Notes under the pieces: generated by a model
The model's input: only the letters and a program-made list of their open reading frames with translations
What the model was told of the DNA's origin: nothing
Database searches by the model: none
Shown here: positions 43,190-52,486 of the stretch, one piece after another
Numbering within the stretch: the first letter of the stretch is position 1
How the letters are laid out: every line of letters starts with the position of its first letter
IMG/VR virus record: IMGVR_UViG_3300037070_006243
Span: 1 to 52,486 of that record
Origin: a virus
Lineage: Duplodnaviria; Caudoviricetes
Direction: 5' to 3' (one strand)
DNA: 52,486 nucleotides
Translations under genes and position numbers: made by a program

Positions 43190-44838
43190 TATCCCACCAA
43201 CTGTGATAGTGCGTTGGCCGCTCCGCCAACCGGGATTTCGGAGAGGGTCTTCGCCCCTTGCGCAAGTTGCGGGATAACCTCCGCTGCCCCGGCCGCCTGC
43301 TGCTCCTGCTGCTGCCCTTCGATCTGCGCGCGGATTTCGTCGAGGGTTCGTACATCCTTTGCGGGAATGCCGAGGCGGTCCGCATAGTCCAAGATCAGAA
43401 CAGGCCAATCAGGAACGAGAAGTGCCTCTTGAACAGCGCCAGCGATATTGCCAAGGAATCCAACAAACCGCTCCACAGGCGCCGCGCCAACCGCGCGTTG
43501 AGCGTCGTTGAGGACGGAGGCGTAGTTGATATTGATGTCTTTATTTCCGACTTCGGCGGGGGCTGGAAGGAACATCCCCTTACGTAGCATGATTTTGAAG
43601 ATACGGCGGAGACTGGTATCGAGGCCTTCCCCTTGGAAACGCTCAAGAACGGGTCCGAGAAGGATGAGCTTTTCTTCAACACGTGCGTCGATCTCCGTTG
43701 CGCTGCGGACGGTGTTCAGTTGGGAAATCATCTTGAAGAGGTCGTTGAAGAAATGCTCTCGGATGCGTCCCTGCACCATAACGATGTCGTTCGTCATTTC
43801 TCCGAGGGGGAGGTTGATCTGATACGCGGGTCGCATTCCGACGGAAGATGCACCGGAGACGTAGGTGACTCCGTTGGGGAGCAGGGCGGTGGGCTGGTTT
43901 TTGAGGGAGAGGTCCGCCACCATCGGTGGAGACATAAGTTTGTCAAGACCTTGCGCTTTACGCTTGGTTTCATGTTGAAGCTGTTTGATGTCGCCGAGGG
44001 CGTCGTTGGAGGGACCGTTGCCGTATGCGTCATTGCCGATGATTTGCCAGCGCGGGGTGACGCATGGCCACTCGCGGAAACCTTCGACGGAGAGTACTTC
44101 GCCGGGAACGGAATTGGCCTTTTCCCATATGATCCGGCGGTAGGTGAAGATTGGAGCGAGGTTGTATGCCTTCCCCACGTTCGGCTCAATCATGCAGCAA
44201 AGATCATGCTTGTCTCCGAGGCGACCGCCACCTTGCCGGTATGCGTTCTTAATCGCAAGAGAGCAGTTCTCGATTCCGAATGCATCTACGATCTGCTCGA
44301 CCGTCCAACGGAGTTCGTAGGAAAACCGATTGACCTGCTGCTTTTCGTTCTGGCCGAGGGTGTACTCGCCGAGGGCGAAATTATAGCAACGGAATACGTC
44401 GTCGTCGTCCTCGTGGATCACCATCGCCGCGGTGTTGAAGATGGAGAGATCGACGTAGATCGTGGCCATGGAGGTGTAGTAATTCGACTCACCCATCACG
44501 AACATCATGCGGATGGTGCAGTCGTCGAGCCACTTCTGAACGGACGAGTTAATGTCCACGTTCGGGATACGCAGGCGAAACCACGGCCGAGCGGGAGAGG
44601 TAATGCCGTTAAGCATTCCAGCGGAGAGGGTATTCGCGGCGAGGGTAGCGGTGCCATCGAGAATCTTCGGGTTCCGCGTGTTCGCCGCCCGCTGATGGCT
44701 GGTTTCCAGCGTCGCGTATCGGCGGGGGAGGATATAGTCCGCAAGATCTCGCCAATCATGCAACCACGGATCGCGCTCGCGTTTCTGTGCCTCAACAAGA
44801 GACTTCAGTTTCCGATGGGTCTCTTCCGAGATCTTCAA
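43189..44838 (-). CDS. Portal (head-tail connector) protein
   Basis: W.DLADYILP...DGTA..AANTLSAGMLNGITSPARPWF...YGNGP...SATEI..R.EEK...LGPVLER; TTG start with GGAGG RBS. Confidence 0.93.
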   Translation of the reverse strand: MKISEETHRKLKSLVEAQKRERDPWLHDWRDLADYILPRRYATLETSHQRAANTRNPKILDGTATLAANTLSAGMLNGITSPARPWFRLRIPNVDINSSVQKWLDDCTIRMMFVMGESNYYTSMATIYVDLSIFNTAAMVIHEDDDDVFRCYNFALGEYTLGQNEKQQVNRFSYELRWTVEQIVDAFGIENCSLAIKNAYRQGGGRLGDKHDLCCMIEPNVGKAYNLAPIFTYRRIIWEKANSVPGEVLSVEGFREWPCVTPRWQIIGNDAYGNGPSNDALGDIKQLQHETKRKAQGLDKLMSPPMVADLSLKNQPTALLPNGVTYVSGASSVGMRPAYQINLPLGEMTNDIVMVQGRIREHFFNDLFKMISQLNTVRSATEIDARVEEKLILLGPVLERFQGEGLDTSLRRIFKIMLRKGMFLPAPAEVGNKDININYASVLNDAQRAVGAAPVERFVGFLGNIAGAVQEALLVPDWPVLILDYADRLGIPAKDVRTLDEIRAQIEGQQQEQQAAGAAEVIPQLAQGAKTLSEIPVGGAANALSQLVG

Positions 44839-44839
44839 T

Positions 44840-45064
44840 TTAGCCTCCAAGGAGCGTGCGGCGGGTGCGGCTCGTGTCCGGCTTGCGGTTGAGAAGCACG
44901 CCGAAGTTCGGGTTGAACGCGCGGGATTGGTTCCACGAGGTACCGGTGGCGGCGGTCGTCTCCGACGGCGAGCGCGGCGGGGTCGGTGCGGGCGGAGTAG
45001 CCGGGGGAGGTGCGACCGCACGAATCGGTGGGGCCTTCGGCACCTTCGGGGACAGGAATGACAT
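44840..45064 (-). CDS. Small Pro-rich virion protein upstream of portal
   Basis: MSFLSPKVPKAPP...RRTLLGG, typical of this position in podoviruses. Confidence 0.7.
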   Translation of the reverse strand: MSFLSPKVPKAPPIRAVAPPPATPPAPTPPRSPSETTAATGTSWNQSRAFNPNFGVLLNRKPDTSRTRRTLLGG

Positions 45065-46557
45065 TAGAAAGCCTCCAGCGGGTTGTAGTCGTAATCCGGG
45101 GCGAGTTCCTTCGGTGGTCTACCGTACCGATCGAGGGGGATCGGGAGGAACGTCAGCGCGAAACTCAGAGCCAGCGAATCAGCCACATCTGGGCTCCATT
45201 TATTTCGCTTTTTAATATCAGCTTTACGTTCGAGCTGGATCGCTCCGTCGTTATCTCGCAGTCCGAAGGTAGGTGCGGTAAGCTCCTCCACAAGGGAGTG
45301 ATCGAGTCCCCGGACAAAATCAGGGATGCATCCAGTAGCCAACCACTCTCGCATACACGCCCACATTTCTGCACGCTTGTTCGCCGTTTTGTCACGAGAT
45401 ATTCCATCTGGGGAGCGGCCAAAATCAACGCCATAGATCATACAGGGAAGTTTCATATCGAGGAGGGTGTCGACCACACCCGCACCAACACCGCCCTCGT
45501 CTACAAACACCGCCTCGGGGTCATATTCGAGCACGGCAGCGCGAACCTTCCATGCAAGTTCTGTTGTTCGTAGTCCGTGGAAGAGTTGAGGGTGGATGGA
45601 GCGACCATCCGCTCCACGGCGTACGAATATAGAGGACAAATCGTCGCCGAATCGTGCCACATCGACACCGATGACGGTGCGATATTCGTTACCTTCGCGA
45701 ATCGGGCGCTTCGTGGCTTCCATTGCGAGTTCGTAGGGTATGAAGGAAACCGCATCTTGCCTCGGAAACATACCCTTAACACGAACGCGGACAAAGTCAG
45801 AATCTTCTCCATAGTCTTGAATCCAATCCGCGATGACTTGCTTATTCGTCCGCCGAACGGTGCGGGAGTCCAGCATTTCGAACTGCCAGCGGTGGCCGAA
45901 CTTCCCGCCCGGTGCGGCCTCACGGAACCGCCCGGTATTTCGAGTTGGGTTTCCAAACATAACCCAAATAATCTGCGTATCCGCGTCGGTCAGCGCACCT
46001 TCCGCGACTTCGTGGATCATATCAGGGATGGCGGAGGCCTCGTCCATAAGAACGAAGATTCGACGCCCTTTGTTGTGGAGTCCGGCGAAGGCTTCCGTAT
46101 TCCGCTCCGACCATGGTACGATATCGAACCGCCATGTGCGATCGTGTTCTTTATCTCGCGGGAAGATCGCGGTAGCGGTTACTTCGAAGAGGTCCTTCGC
46201 GAGAAAAAGCCGATGCCACTTCCCAATCTCCGGCCAGGTTTTGGTCTTGAGCTGGGTTTCGGTGTTGGCGGTAACTACGCCTTTCGCGTTAGGCACGGTG
46301 GACATCGCCCACCAAGTTAGGATGGAGGCGAGGGCAGACTTTCCCACTCCGTGGCCGGTTGCACGGCCGAGGCGGATTACGTTTTGTCCCTTTCGGAGGC
46401 ACCGCCCGATATAATCCAGTGCCTCCCGCTGCCAATCCTCGAGTTCCTCATGTTCGAGGTCCCCCGGTTCACCCCAGGGAAACATAACCTGAGCGAAGCC
46501 GAGCGGATCAAGCTCGTACTTCGCGAGGAGTTCGATGAGGTCGTCGGCGGCTACCAT
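45064..46557 (-). CDS. terL: Terminase large subunit
   Basis: TGHGVGKS Walker A, LMDEAS Walker B, FGNPTRNTG, GVDVARFGDD nuclease, SPDVADSLAL. Confidence 0.95.
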   Translation of the reverse strand: MVAADDLIELLAKYELDPLGFAQVMFPWGEPGDLEHEELEDWQREALDYIGRCLRKGQNVIRLGRATGHGVGKSALASILTWWAMSTVPNAKGVVTANTETQLKTKTWPEIGKWHRLFLAKDLFEVTATAIFPRDKEHDRTWRFDIVPWSERNTEAFAGLHNKGRRIFVLMDEASAIPDMIHEVAEGALTDADTQIIWVMFGNPTRNTGRFREAAPGGKFGHRWQFEMLDSRTVRRTNKQVIADWIQDYGEDSDFVRVRVKGMFPRQDAVSFIPYELAMEATKRPIREGNEYRTVIGVDVARFGDDLSSIFVRRGADGRSIHPQLFHGLRTTELAWKVRAAVLEYDPEAVFVDEGGVGAGVVDTLLDMKLPCMIYGVDFGRSPDGISRDKTANKRAEMWACMREWLATGCIPDFVRGLDHSLVEELTAPTFGLRDNDGAIQLERKADIKKRNKWSPDVADSLALSFALTFLPIPLDRYGRPPKELAPDYDYNPLEAF

Positions 46558-46793
46558 ATTGCGGTCAGTTCCTCCGCGGTAGTGCCGCTTTGGTTGATCT
46601 GCTTGAACCCAACCGGGAACAATCCCGCGGGGAGTTCAGCGGTCGCCGCCGCATCGGTCATATCGACGGCGATTCCGGTGATAACTCCGGCGGTGCCGAT
46701 CATAATCGCCCTGCATGGAGGGGAAAATGTGACGTTTCCGCCGGAGATATCTACGAGTTCGAACCGGCGTCCCGGATCACTGCGAGTCGACAT
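46551..46793 (-). CDS. Head-spike base protein, RcGTA Rcc01079 (GhsA)-like
   Basis: 80 aa; CRAIMIGTAGVI...LPAGLFPVGFKQINQSGTTAEELTAIW matches the RAlyvG..G.v...PAG..P..v..v..TGTTA..lvalW pattern as recalled. Confidence 0.7.
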   Translation of the reverse strand: MSTRSDPGRRFELVDISGGNVTFSPPCRAIMIGTAGVITGIAVDMTDAAATAELPAGLFPVGFKQINQSGTTAEELTAIW

Positions 46794-47313
46794 TGATTAC
46801 CTCTACGTCGATGGGTGGTAGTAATTTAGCGCGTTCCCGCGCCCGCTCCAAACGATCAGCGAAACCGATCATGTGGTTGTGATTCTGAGTCATGGAGGGA
46901 CCATGGCCAGTTCGGTCTGCACCGAGGGCAATCGCCTTCATGAGTTCAGTCGTCTCGATCCCTTCCGGGTCTTTCTCCATTCTGTCCGCAAGGATTTCTG
47001 CTGCATCCTGTGCGATCTCGCTTAGACGTTCTTGCAGGTCGAGGAATGCCGTGTTTACCATTTGCCGATAGTGGGTAACGAGTTCCGCGAACGTGGGGTC
47101 ATCTAAGAGAATGGATACGCGATTGACGGTGAGGTTACACGCGAGCGCGGCCTCTCCGCTAGAAAACCCCTCCGCAAGAAGGCGGGCGAGGCGATGGTGG
47201 CGAGCACGAATCCGAACAAGGGCGGTCGGCTTGACATGGCGCGGTTGATCTAGTGCGATCATATCCGCGTCGGTCAGGGGCCTGTCTACAACCGCGATCA
47301 GTAGATCATTCAT
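46777..47313 (-). CDS. Putative terminase small subunit
   Basis: HTH (HHRLARLLAEGFSSGEAALACNLTVNRVSILLDDPTF), ADRTGHGP; upstream of TerL. Confidence 0.65.
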   Translation of the reverse strand: MNDLLIAVVDRPLTDADMIALDQPRHVKPTALVRIRARHHRLARLLAEGFSSGEAALACNLTVNRVSILLDDPTFAELVTHYRQMVNTAFLDLQERLSEIAQDAAEILADRMEKDPEGIETTELMKAIALGADRTGHGPSMTQNHNHMIGFADRLERARERAKLLPPIDVEVINVDSQ

Positions 47314-47336
47314 CGGATTAGCCTTTCGCCACCATC

Positions 47337-47365
47337 AACCTAGCACGATTGCGGTAGCCTGACAA
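47337..47365 (-). promoter_or_regulatory. Sigma70-type promoter for packaging/head genes
   Basis: TTGTCA-17 bp-TAGGTT with extended -10 TG, ~24 bp upstream of the TerS ATG. Confidence 0.55.
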
Positions 47366-47373
47366 GAGAAATG

Positions 47374-47637
47374 TTACATATCGGTCCCCGGCGACCCCAT
47401 CGCAGCGATCTGTGCGCAGACGGCTCCGCCGATTTTTACCGGTTTATCGAGAAGGTCGATGCCTTTTGTTTCCGCGGCCTCGAGAATGGCAGCGGTTGCA
47501 GCGGCGAGGGACATGCCAACGACGCAGAGCTGATTCGGAGTCATGGAAGAGAAATCCGGCCGCTGCTCTCCGATCGGTTTGTTCGGGTCGCAGGCGGCGA
47601 GAACAAGGATGGGGATCATCAGGAGAAGGAGTTTCAT
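47374..47637 (-). CDS. Lipoprotein, putative spanin component
   Basis: Lipobox LAAC after a hydrophobic signal; downstream of endolysin. Confidence 0.6.
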   Translation of the reverse strand: MKLLLLMIPILVLAACDPNKPIGEQRPDFSSMTPNQLCVVGMSLAAATAAILEAAETKGIDLLDKPVKIGGAVCAQIAAMGSPGTDM

Positions 47638-47915
47638 TTCACTTCCTCAGGATTGGGGTCCGGTATAGCTGGAACCGAGATGTTAGTTGGCTCGCTGTTG
47701 GTTGCGGTATAGGCACCCATAGCCGACCAAAGGGAACCCCAAAAGATACCAACCTGAGCGATTAGGATTTCTGTGGTCGGTAGAAACTCTGGGATTCCGG
47801 TGGTGTTATACAACAGAACGAGGGTCAATGTAATGGGCACCTGTACGGAATTGCCCGCGAGAAGAGCATTCCAGAACTTTTCGTTACCTTGAAGTTTAAA
47901 CGGCCACCAAGTCAT
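47634..47915 (-). CDS. Putative holin / membrane protein
   Basis: 93 aa with two hydrophobic segments, adjacent to endolysin. Confidence 0.5.
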   Translation of the reverse strand: MTWWPFKLQGNEKFWNALLAGNSVQVPITLTLVLLYNTTGIPEFLPTTEILIAQVGIFWGSLWSAMGAYTATNSEPTNISVPAIPDPNPEEVK

Positions 47916-48583
47916 CCGTTAACCTCCTTGGGGATTTTCGACAGATGGTCGTCCCCGACCTTGAACGAGGGACAAGCTTTTTTGTTGGTGTAGTCGTTGT
48001 GGCCTTTGCACTTCTTGATCGCTGGATATTTTTCACAAAGGGCGGTGACGATGGCTTCGAGGGAGTCGCGCTGTTGCGCGGTGCGCGTGTCCATAGGGAC
48101 TACCCCGGCGGTGGTTCCGCTTGCCCCGACTCCGCCGACATACACTATCGCGAGCTTTCCTGGATTATGTCCTTTGATATGCGCACCGATCTGTGCCTCA
48201 GGCCGTCCGCGTTCAATCGTCCCATCTGTGCGGATTACGTAGTGGTATCCGAGATCGCTCCACCCATCTTTCGAGCCTTCCCATCCAGGTGTCATGTGCA
48301 TCTGGCGAAGGCCAGCGGCGGTTGAGGGATTGAACCCCGCTGTGCAGTGAATGTCGATCTCGTCGATAGGGCGGGTGGCAACGGGCTGTAGGCCGACGAG
48401 TTCCCGGGCACGAATCAGCGCATCCGGGGCCTGCGGCGGAAGCCATCCCGCTCGTTTTAGAGAGGCGAATGCGGCGGCATAAGACTGGTCGCCCCAGATA
48501 CCGTCGATTTCTCCCTCATAGTCACCCATCGCCGCCCACGCAGTTTGGATTTCCATGAGGTCAGATTTGAAGTTACGCTTCAA
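47912..48583 (-). CDS. Endolysin: N-acetylmuramoyl-L-alanine amidase (T7 lysozyme-like) with N-terminal PG-binding-like segment
   Basis: IHCTA, GWSDLGYHYVI..DG.IE.GR, GAH..GHN, KGHND..KACPSF; N-terminal IDGIWG. Confidence 0.92.
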   Translation of the reverse strand: MKRNFKSDLMEIQTAWAAMGDYEGEIDGIWGDQSYAAAFASLKRAGWLPPQAPDALIRARELVGLQPVATRPIDEIDIHCTAGFNPSTAAGLRQMHMTPGWEGSKDGWSDLGYHYVIRTDGTIERGRPEAQIGAHIKGHNPGKLAIVYVGGVGASGTTAGVVPMDTRTAQQRDSLEAIVTALCEKYPAIKKCKGHNDYTNKKACPSFKVGDDHLSKIPKEVNG

Positions 48584-48584
48584 G

Positions 48585-49028
48585 TTAGTCTCCTTCGATT
48601 GTGACTACACGAGCTTGTCGATCGTATAACCAAGAACCCTCCGCGGTTGTTCCCTGTTTTACAAAGGTAACTGACCGCAGCGGGATGGTGTCGAAAAGTA
48701 GAACACTCCAACTCATGTAGTAGACAGTCCCCGGATCGTTTAAGCACGGGGTGGTTTTACTTGTTGCAATAACTATATCTTCGGTTTTTTCGGGATCGTA
48801 TTCCCTGATCCCGGAGGAAAGACATATTCTCCCATCCGGTTTGATAAAAGAATGTGCGTAACGAACACTCATCTTTCCCGGCCAACGCACGAGACGTTTG
48901 AATGTTATCTCTCCCAGGGTCGGGTTAAACACTACATCGAGCGGACGAAGGAACAAAGACGAAGGGACGAGGATGTAGAGTAGTAACACCAAGGCGGTAG
49001 TAAGGAGGATGTGAAAGACGGTCCTCAT
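48585..49028 (-). CDS. Membrane-anchored hypothetical protein in lysis cassette
   Basis: N-terminal TM helix, 147 aa, two Cys. Confidence 0.6.
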   Translation of the reverse strand: MRTVFHILLTTALVLLLYILVPSSLFLRPLDVVFNPTLGEITFKRLVRWPGKMSVRYAHSFIKPDGRICLSSGIREYDPEKTEDIVIATSKTTPCLNDPGTVYYMSWSVLLFDTIPLRSVTFVKQGTTAEGSWLYDRQARVVTIEGD

Positions 49029-49246
49029 TGTTTGCCTGTGAATATGATAGTTCGGTAGGTCCAGATCACACCGAGGAGGGATACAATCACAGACCCAAGG
49101 AAGATGAGCGCGGAACGCAGTTGTCGCCGCTCCGCTTGGTCGCGTGCTTCCGCCTCCGCCTCCAGGGTGGCAATACGACGTTCGAGTGCCAGATTCTCGT
49201 CATGGAGTTTCTTAAGTTCCCATTCAACAAGTGTTTCATGCATCAC
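49025..49246 (-). CDS. Coiled-coil + C-terminal TM protein (holin/antiholin-like)
   Basis: 73 aa; LERRIATLEAE coiled coil then LIFLGSVIVSLLGVIW. Confidence 0.6.
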   Translation of the reverse strand: MMHETLVEWELKKLHDENLALERRIATLEAEAEARDQAERRQLRSALIFLGSVIVSLLGVIWTYRTIIFTGKQ

Positions 49247-52200
49247 GACGCTGCCGGAATTTTAAAGGGACGAGAGATACTACCCACACCGGATGAGTTG
49301 ATCGCCCAAACAAGACCTTCGGTTACGTCGTCGTCGATGAGGAACCGAGCGGATGCGCCTGATTTCACTTGATTGTTGTAGACATAGATGAAGTTGATCC
49401 CGCCGACTGGGAGGGTTGGGGTGATGGTCACTCGGTTGTTTCGGCGGGTTACGATGATTTCGCCGGTTGGATCGGCCGGGCGGTTGTTTTGGGCGATGAA
49501 GAGTGGGAGGCCGGAAAGAAGAATGAAGTCGTCGCCGAGTTTGATAAGCTCGCCGGGATCGACAGGGGCTTCGACAACAGGGGCTGCCGGTCCCTCAAAG
49601 GTTTTGGTATCTGCGGAGGGCTGAGAGTTACCCCCCGCGGTGATGACTCGGACCTTCATTGGGGATGAGGTTTGTTCGAACTGCACAGTGTGGTCCGAAC
49701 CGCCCGGAGTGCGGGGACGTGGGCGCCACACGATGCGGCCAGAGTCCGTTCCCTCAGCTATGGTGTCGGTCCAAATCCCCACGTTTTCGAAGAGATACTG
49801 AACGCCGGTGAAGGTGGCGTCGTCGAGGGTGTTTGTTCCGTCGGCCTCGAAAACGATCGGGGCGTAGTAGGAATTGACAAGACCACTCTGTGCGACGGGG
49901 GTTAAGAGGTTCCAATCGTCCGCAGCGGGGATGAGGGAAAGGATCGGGTCCGGCTCGGGATCGGGTATGTCGGGACCGGTGAAAGTTTTGGAATCCGATG
50001 CGGCGGAAAGAATGCCGTCAGTTTCCCGTCGCCAGTAAAGGTAGAGGTTGGGGAAGGCTTCTTCCGCCTCGACGGTGTGGCCGGTTCCGGTGAGTTCGAC
50101 TATGCGAGTTCCGTTCGGGAGAGTTCCGCGCTCGATAATGGTTTGGGTTATCCCGTTACCCGCGGAAGTGTCCACGACGCTCGCGGCCCAACGTAAACCG
50201 ACGTAGTTAATTCCAGCGGAGGTTGGTGGAATGGCGAGCTGCGCCGTGTACTCATCAGGAACGCCTGGAGCTTCTATAACTTGGTGAATTGACCAGTCGG
50301 CAAGGGCGAGAGGTTCCGGACGATCTACCACTCCCTCGAAAAGATCCCAATGCCAGTCGAGGGCAAGGGCGACTTTGGTGGAGGTGAAGAATGGGGACGT
50401 ATGTCCGCCGGGACCGTAGAAGGACGAGCCGTTGTGATCTACATCGACGGTAAATCCGCCGGTAGTGTTCATCCACGTTTCCCACGCCTGCGTGTCGTTG
50501 AGGTTTGCATCTTCGGTGCCGCAGAGGACGGCGCGAGCAGGGAAGGAAGTGAGGGGGCCGATGAGGTTTTTAAGTGAAATCGCAGCATAGCGGGCGGGTT
50601 GAGATGCCTGCGTGCCTAGAACGGCGGAAAGAAAATCCCCAACCGTTCCGTCGGTGTAGCCCTCATAGGCTCCGGAGAACCCGGAGACCGAGTTGAACTG
50701 TGTCGGCATAAGTGCCGCGTAGTACCACGCGATCCAACTCCCCATGGAGAAGCCGGTGAGGCCAAGCTTTTGAGGGTGGACTGCGTAGCGGGTTGTGATG
50801 AAGGGAAGACCTTCAAACTGGAAGTGACTCCGGAGTTTGGTGTTGTTTACCCAAGAGGCGGTGAGGGCGTCAACTCCCCAGCCAGCTACGTCCCCGGTCG
50901 CACCTTTAGATACGTCAAACGAGGCCATGTACATTGACCGCGACGCTTTAAGCGCGGTTAGTGTTTGTGGGAGGTCCTGGAACAACCGTAGCGATGAACC
51001 TTGACCGGGGAAGGAGAAGATCATCGGCAGTCCCGCGGGTTTCCCCGGCGGACAGAGGACAAACCAGTCGATGTTGCGCCCGTTGAGGGGGGAGGATATG
51101 GAAAATTCCTCCACGGTCCAACCATCGCCGGGAGAGGTATCGACGGTAACTCCCCCGACTATATCCACGCCGGTTCCGGGAGTGACAGTCTCGACCCAAT
51201 CCTTCCCATCGGAGGCCGGAGTTAGGGGACCGTTGGTTACGATCCGACGGTAGACTCGAAGATCGGTGAATGGAATACCCGCGGCGCGAAGGTGTGAGCC
51301 GTCGGTGGAGGTTAAACGAACTCGTTTGAACCCCGGGATCGCGGAGAGGTCTGTGATGACCTGGGTCGTGCCGTTCCCGGCGCTTACGTCTACAACTCCT
51401 TGCGACCAGCGGAAGCCGACGTAATCGAGGGTGTCGACAATGTGGAGAACGGCAGTGAACTGCCCGGGGACGCCGGGTTCTTCTACAACGTCTCCGATCG
51501 ACCATTGGCCAACAGTGATTGCATCGTCTGGTTCTTCCTCGCCTTCAAGCGGAGTCGGGCCGGCTTTATTCGGGATTGTGGAATCCCATCCGGTGGGGAA
51601 TACGGTGGGGGAGTTGGAGGTGACGTTGGTTGAGATAGTAAGTTCATCGTCTTGCACCGAACCGCCTGGATTTTTTATCCCGTTCGCGGTAACGTTGTTT
51701 GTGATGGTCCCAGAGTTATTCCCCATAACTGAAATGCCGGATGCACCGTGTGCGGAATTGGGAATGTAAAGGATTTTGTTCCCGTCTATCAGTGCATCTT
51801 TATTACCTGAGATTTGTATTCCATGCGTGTGATAAAGCTGGCCGTAGTTGTCCCGAATAATCGTGTCTCGGTGACAACGACTCCCGGCAAGAACTTGTGC
51901 CATCGAGGGGCCGACTTCGTTATGGGCGAAGATATATTGGCAGTAAAAGCCGTAGCGCGGAGGAAGCATAACGTTTTCGGTAATGGTAACGCGAGTCCAC
52001 CAACCGAAGGTGTCGTTACCGGCGCCTTGGATGCAATCGGGGTGGCGGTTGACGCCGTTCGGCGGAGTTACAACCGCTCGAGGCTGGTCGATATGTTGGT
52101 TATGGAAAAGGTTTTCGTGGACAAGGATGTCTGTATGTGAGAAGTATATACGAAGGGCGTCGATTCCCCATTCGGAAAAGTCGTTGTTAAGAACTTCGCC

Positions 52201-52486
52201 GTTGGTGTTCGCGCCGCCGGGGTTCATTCCCGCGTGCATGGTGAGGCATTCATTCCATCCGCGGTGGATGGTTGGGGTATCACCTGACCCGCGCCAACGG
52301 CAGTTGCGGATTCGGAAATTGCTATTCCCGCTCCACATAATTGATCGCGCGGTCGGCCAACCCTGATGAGGTGCGGAACCCGTATAACCATCATGCTGTG
52401 TACGCTCGAAGGTTATACGCTCAATATTCAGCCCATTCTTCCGACGGATGTCCCACGGATCGCGGACGAGCGCGGGATTTTCGTCG
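49243..52486 (-). CDS. Large modular spike protein: beta-helix + Ig-like repeats + alpha/beta-hydrolase esterase (full length ~1136 aa from ATG at 294)
   Basis: Parallel beta-helix repeats (HPDCIQ, VTITENV, IIRDNY, LIDGNKI); GLTGFSMGS nucleophile elbow, CGTED, GGHT; three related ~115-aa repeats. Confidence 0.85.
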   Translation of the reverse strand, partial: DENPALVRDPWDIRRKNGLNIERITFERTQHDGYTGSAPHQGWPTARSIMWSGNSNFRIRNCRWRGSGDTPTIHRGWNECLTMHAGMNPGGANTNGEVLNNDFSEWGIDALRIYFSHTDILVHENLFHNQHIDQPRAVVTPPNGVNRHPDCIQGAGNDTFGWWTRVTITENVMLPPRYGFYCQYIFAHNEVGPSMAQVLAGSRCHRDTIIRDNYGQLYHTHGIQISGNKDALIDGNKILYIPNSAHGASGISVMGNNSGTITNNVTANGIKNPGGSVQDDELTISTNVTSNSPTVFPTGWDSTIPNKAGPTPLEGEEEPDDAITVGQWSIGDVVEEPGVPGQFTAVLHIVDTLDYVGFRWSQGVVDVSAGNGTTQVITDLSAIPGFKRVRLTSTDGSHLRAAGIPFTDLRVYRRIVTNGPLTPASDGKDWVETVTPGTGVDIVGGVTVDTSPGDGWTVEEFSISSPLNGRNIDWFVLCPPGKPAGLPMIFSFPGQGSSLRLFQDLPQTLTALKASRSMYMASFDVSKGATGDVAGWGVDALTASWVNNTKLRSHFQFEGLPFITTRYAVHPQKLGLTGFSMGSWIAWYYAALMPTQFNSVSGFSGAYEGYTDGTVGDFLSAVLGTQASQPARYAAISLKNLIGPLTSFPARAVLCGTEDANLNDTQAWETWMNTTGGFTVDVDHNGSSFYGPGGHTSPFFTSTKVALALDWHWDLFEGVVDRPEPLALADWSIHQVIEAPGVPDEYTAQLAIPPTSAGINYVGLRWAASVVDTSAGNGITQTIIERGTLPNGTRIVELTGTGHTVEAEEAFPNLYLYWRRETDGILSAASDSKTFTGPDIPDPEPDPILSLIPAADDWNLLTPVAQSGLVNSYYAPIVFEADGTNTLDDATFTGVQYLFENVGIWTDTIAEGTDSGRIVWRPRPRTPGGSDHTVQFEQTSSPMKVRVITAGGNSQPSADTKTFEGPAAPVVEAPVDPGELIKLGDDFILLSGLPLFIAQNNRPADPTGEIIVTRRNNRVTITPTLPVGGINFIYVYNNQVKSGASARFLIDDDVTEGLVWAINSSGVGSISRPFKIPAAS
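52361..52486. repeat. Terminal direct repeat, copy 2
   Basis: Identical to 2-127. Confidence 0.95.

Noticed and set aside
43633-44892. 419-aa + strand ORF, and similar ones at 40772-41743 and 29774-30604
   Set aside because: Antisense to portal, capsid and ejection genes, which have clear motifs

Overview
This window is an essentially complete ~52.36-kb dsDNA phage genome assembled as a circle: positions 2-127 repeat at 52361-52486, and one ORF reads in frame across the join. It is a podovirus with a BPP-1/epsilon15-type head (TerS, TerL, portal, scaffold, capsid, cement), T7-like tail tube and ejection proteins, and several fibre/spike genes. Gene content suggests an alphaproteobacterial host (inference). 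I recognise no integrase, repressor, RNA polymerase or primase. Two gene arms diverge from a non-coding control region (~7070-7750) and collide at 29128/29129. The + arm holds early and replication genes: many small ORFs, UvrD-like helicase, PD-(D/E)XK nuclease, AAA ATPase, MazG-like protein, ParB-methyltransferase, a split UDG-exonuclease/PolA, dNMP kinase and a DUF3987 ATPase. The - arm holds fibres, lysis, packaging and virion genes. Highlights: (1) a PolA split inside its proofreading domain, with UDG fused at the front, two nucleotide-handling genes in the gap and non-canonical motifs A/B/C; (2) a ~340-bp block-wise mirror-symmetric element at the divergence point; (3) a ~1136-aa beta-helix + serine-esterase spike and an RcGTA-like head-spike base; (4) an RTX-repeat protein; (5) a bL12 C-terminal-domain-like first early gene. 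All product calls come from motif recognition by eye, not database searches.
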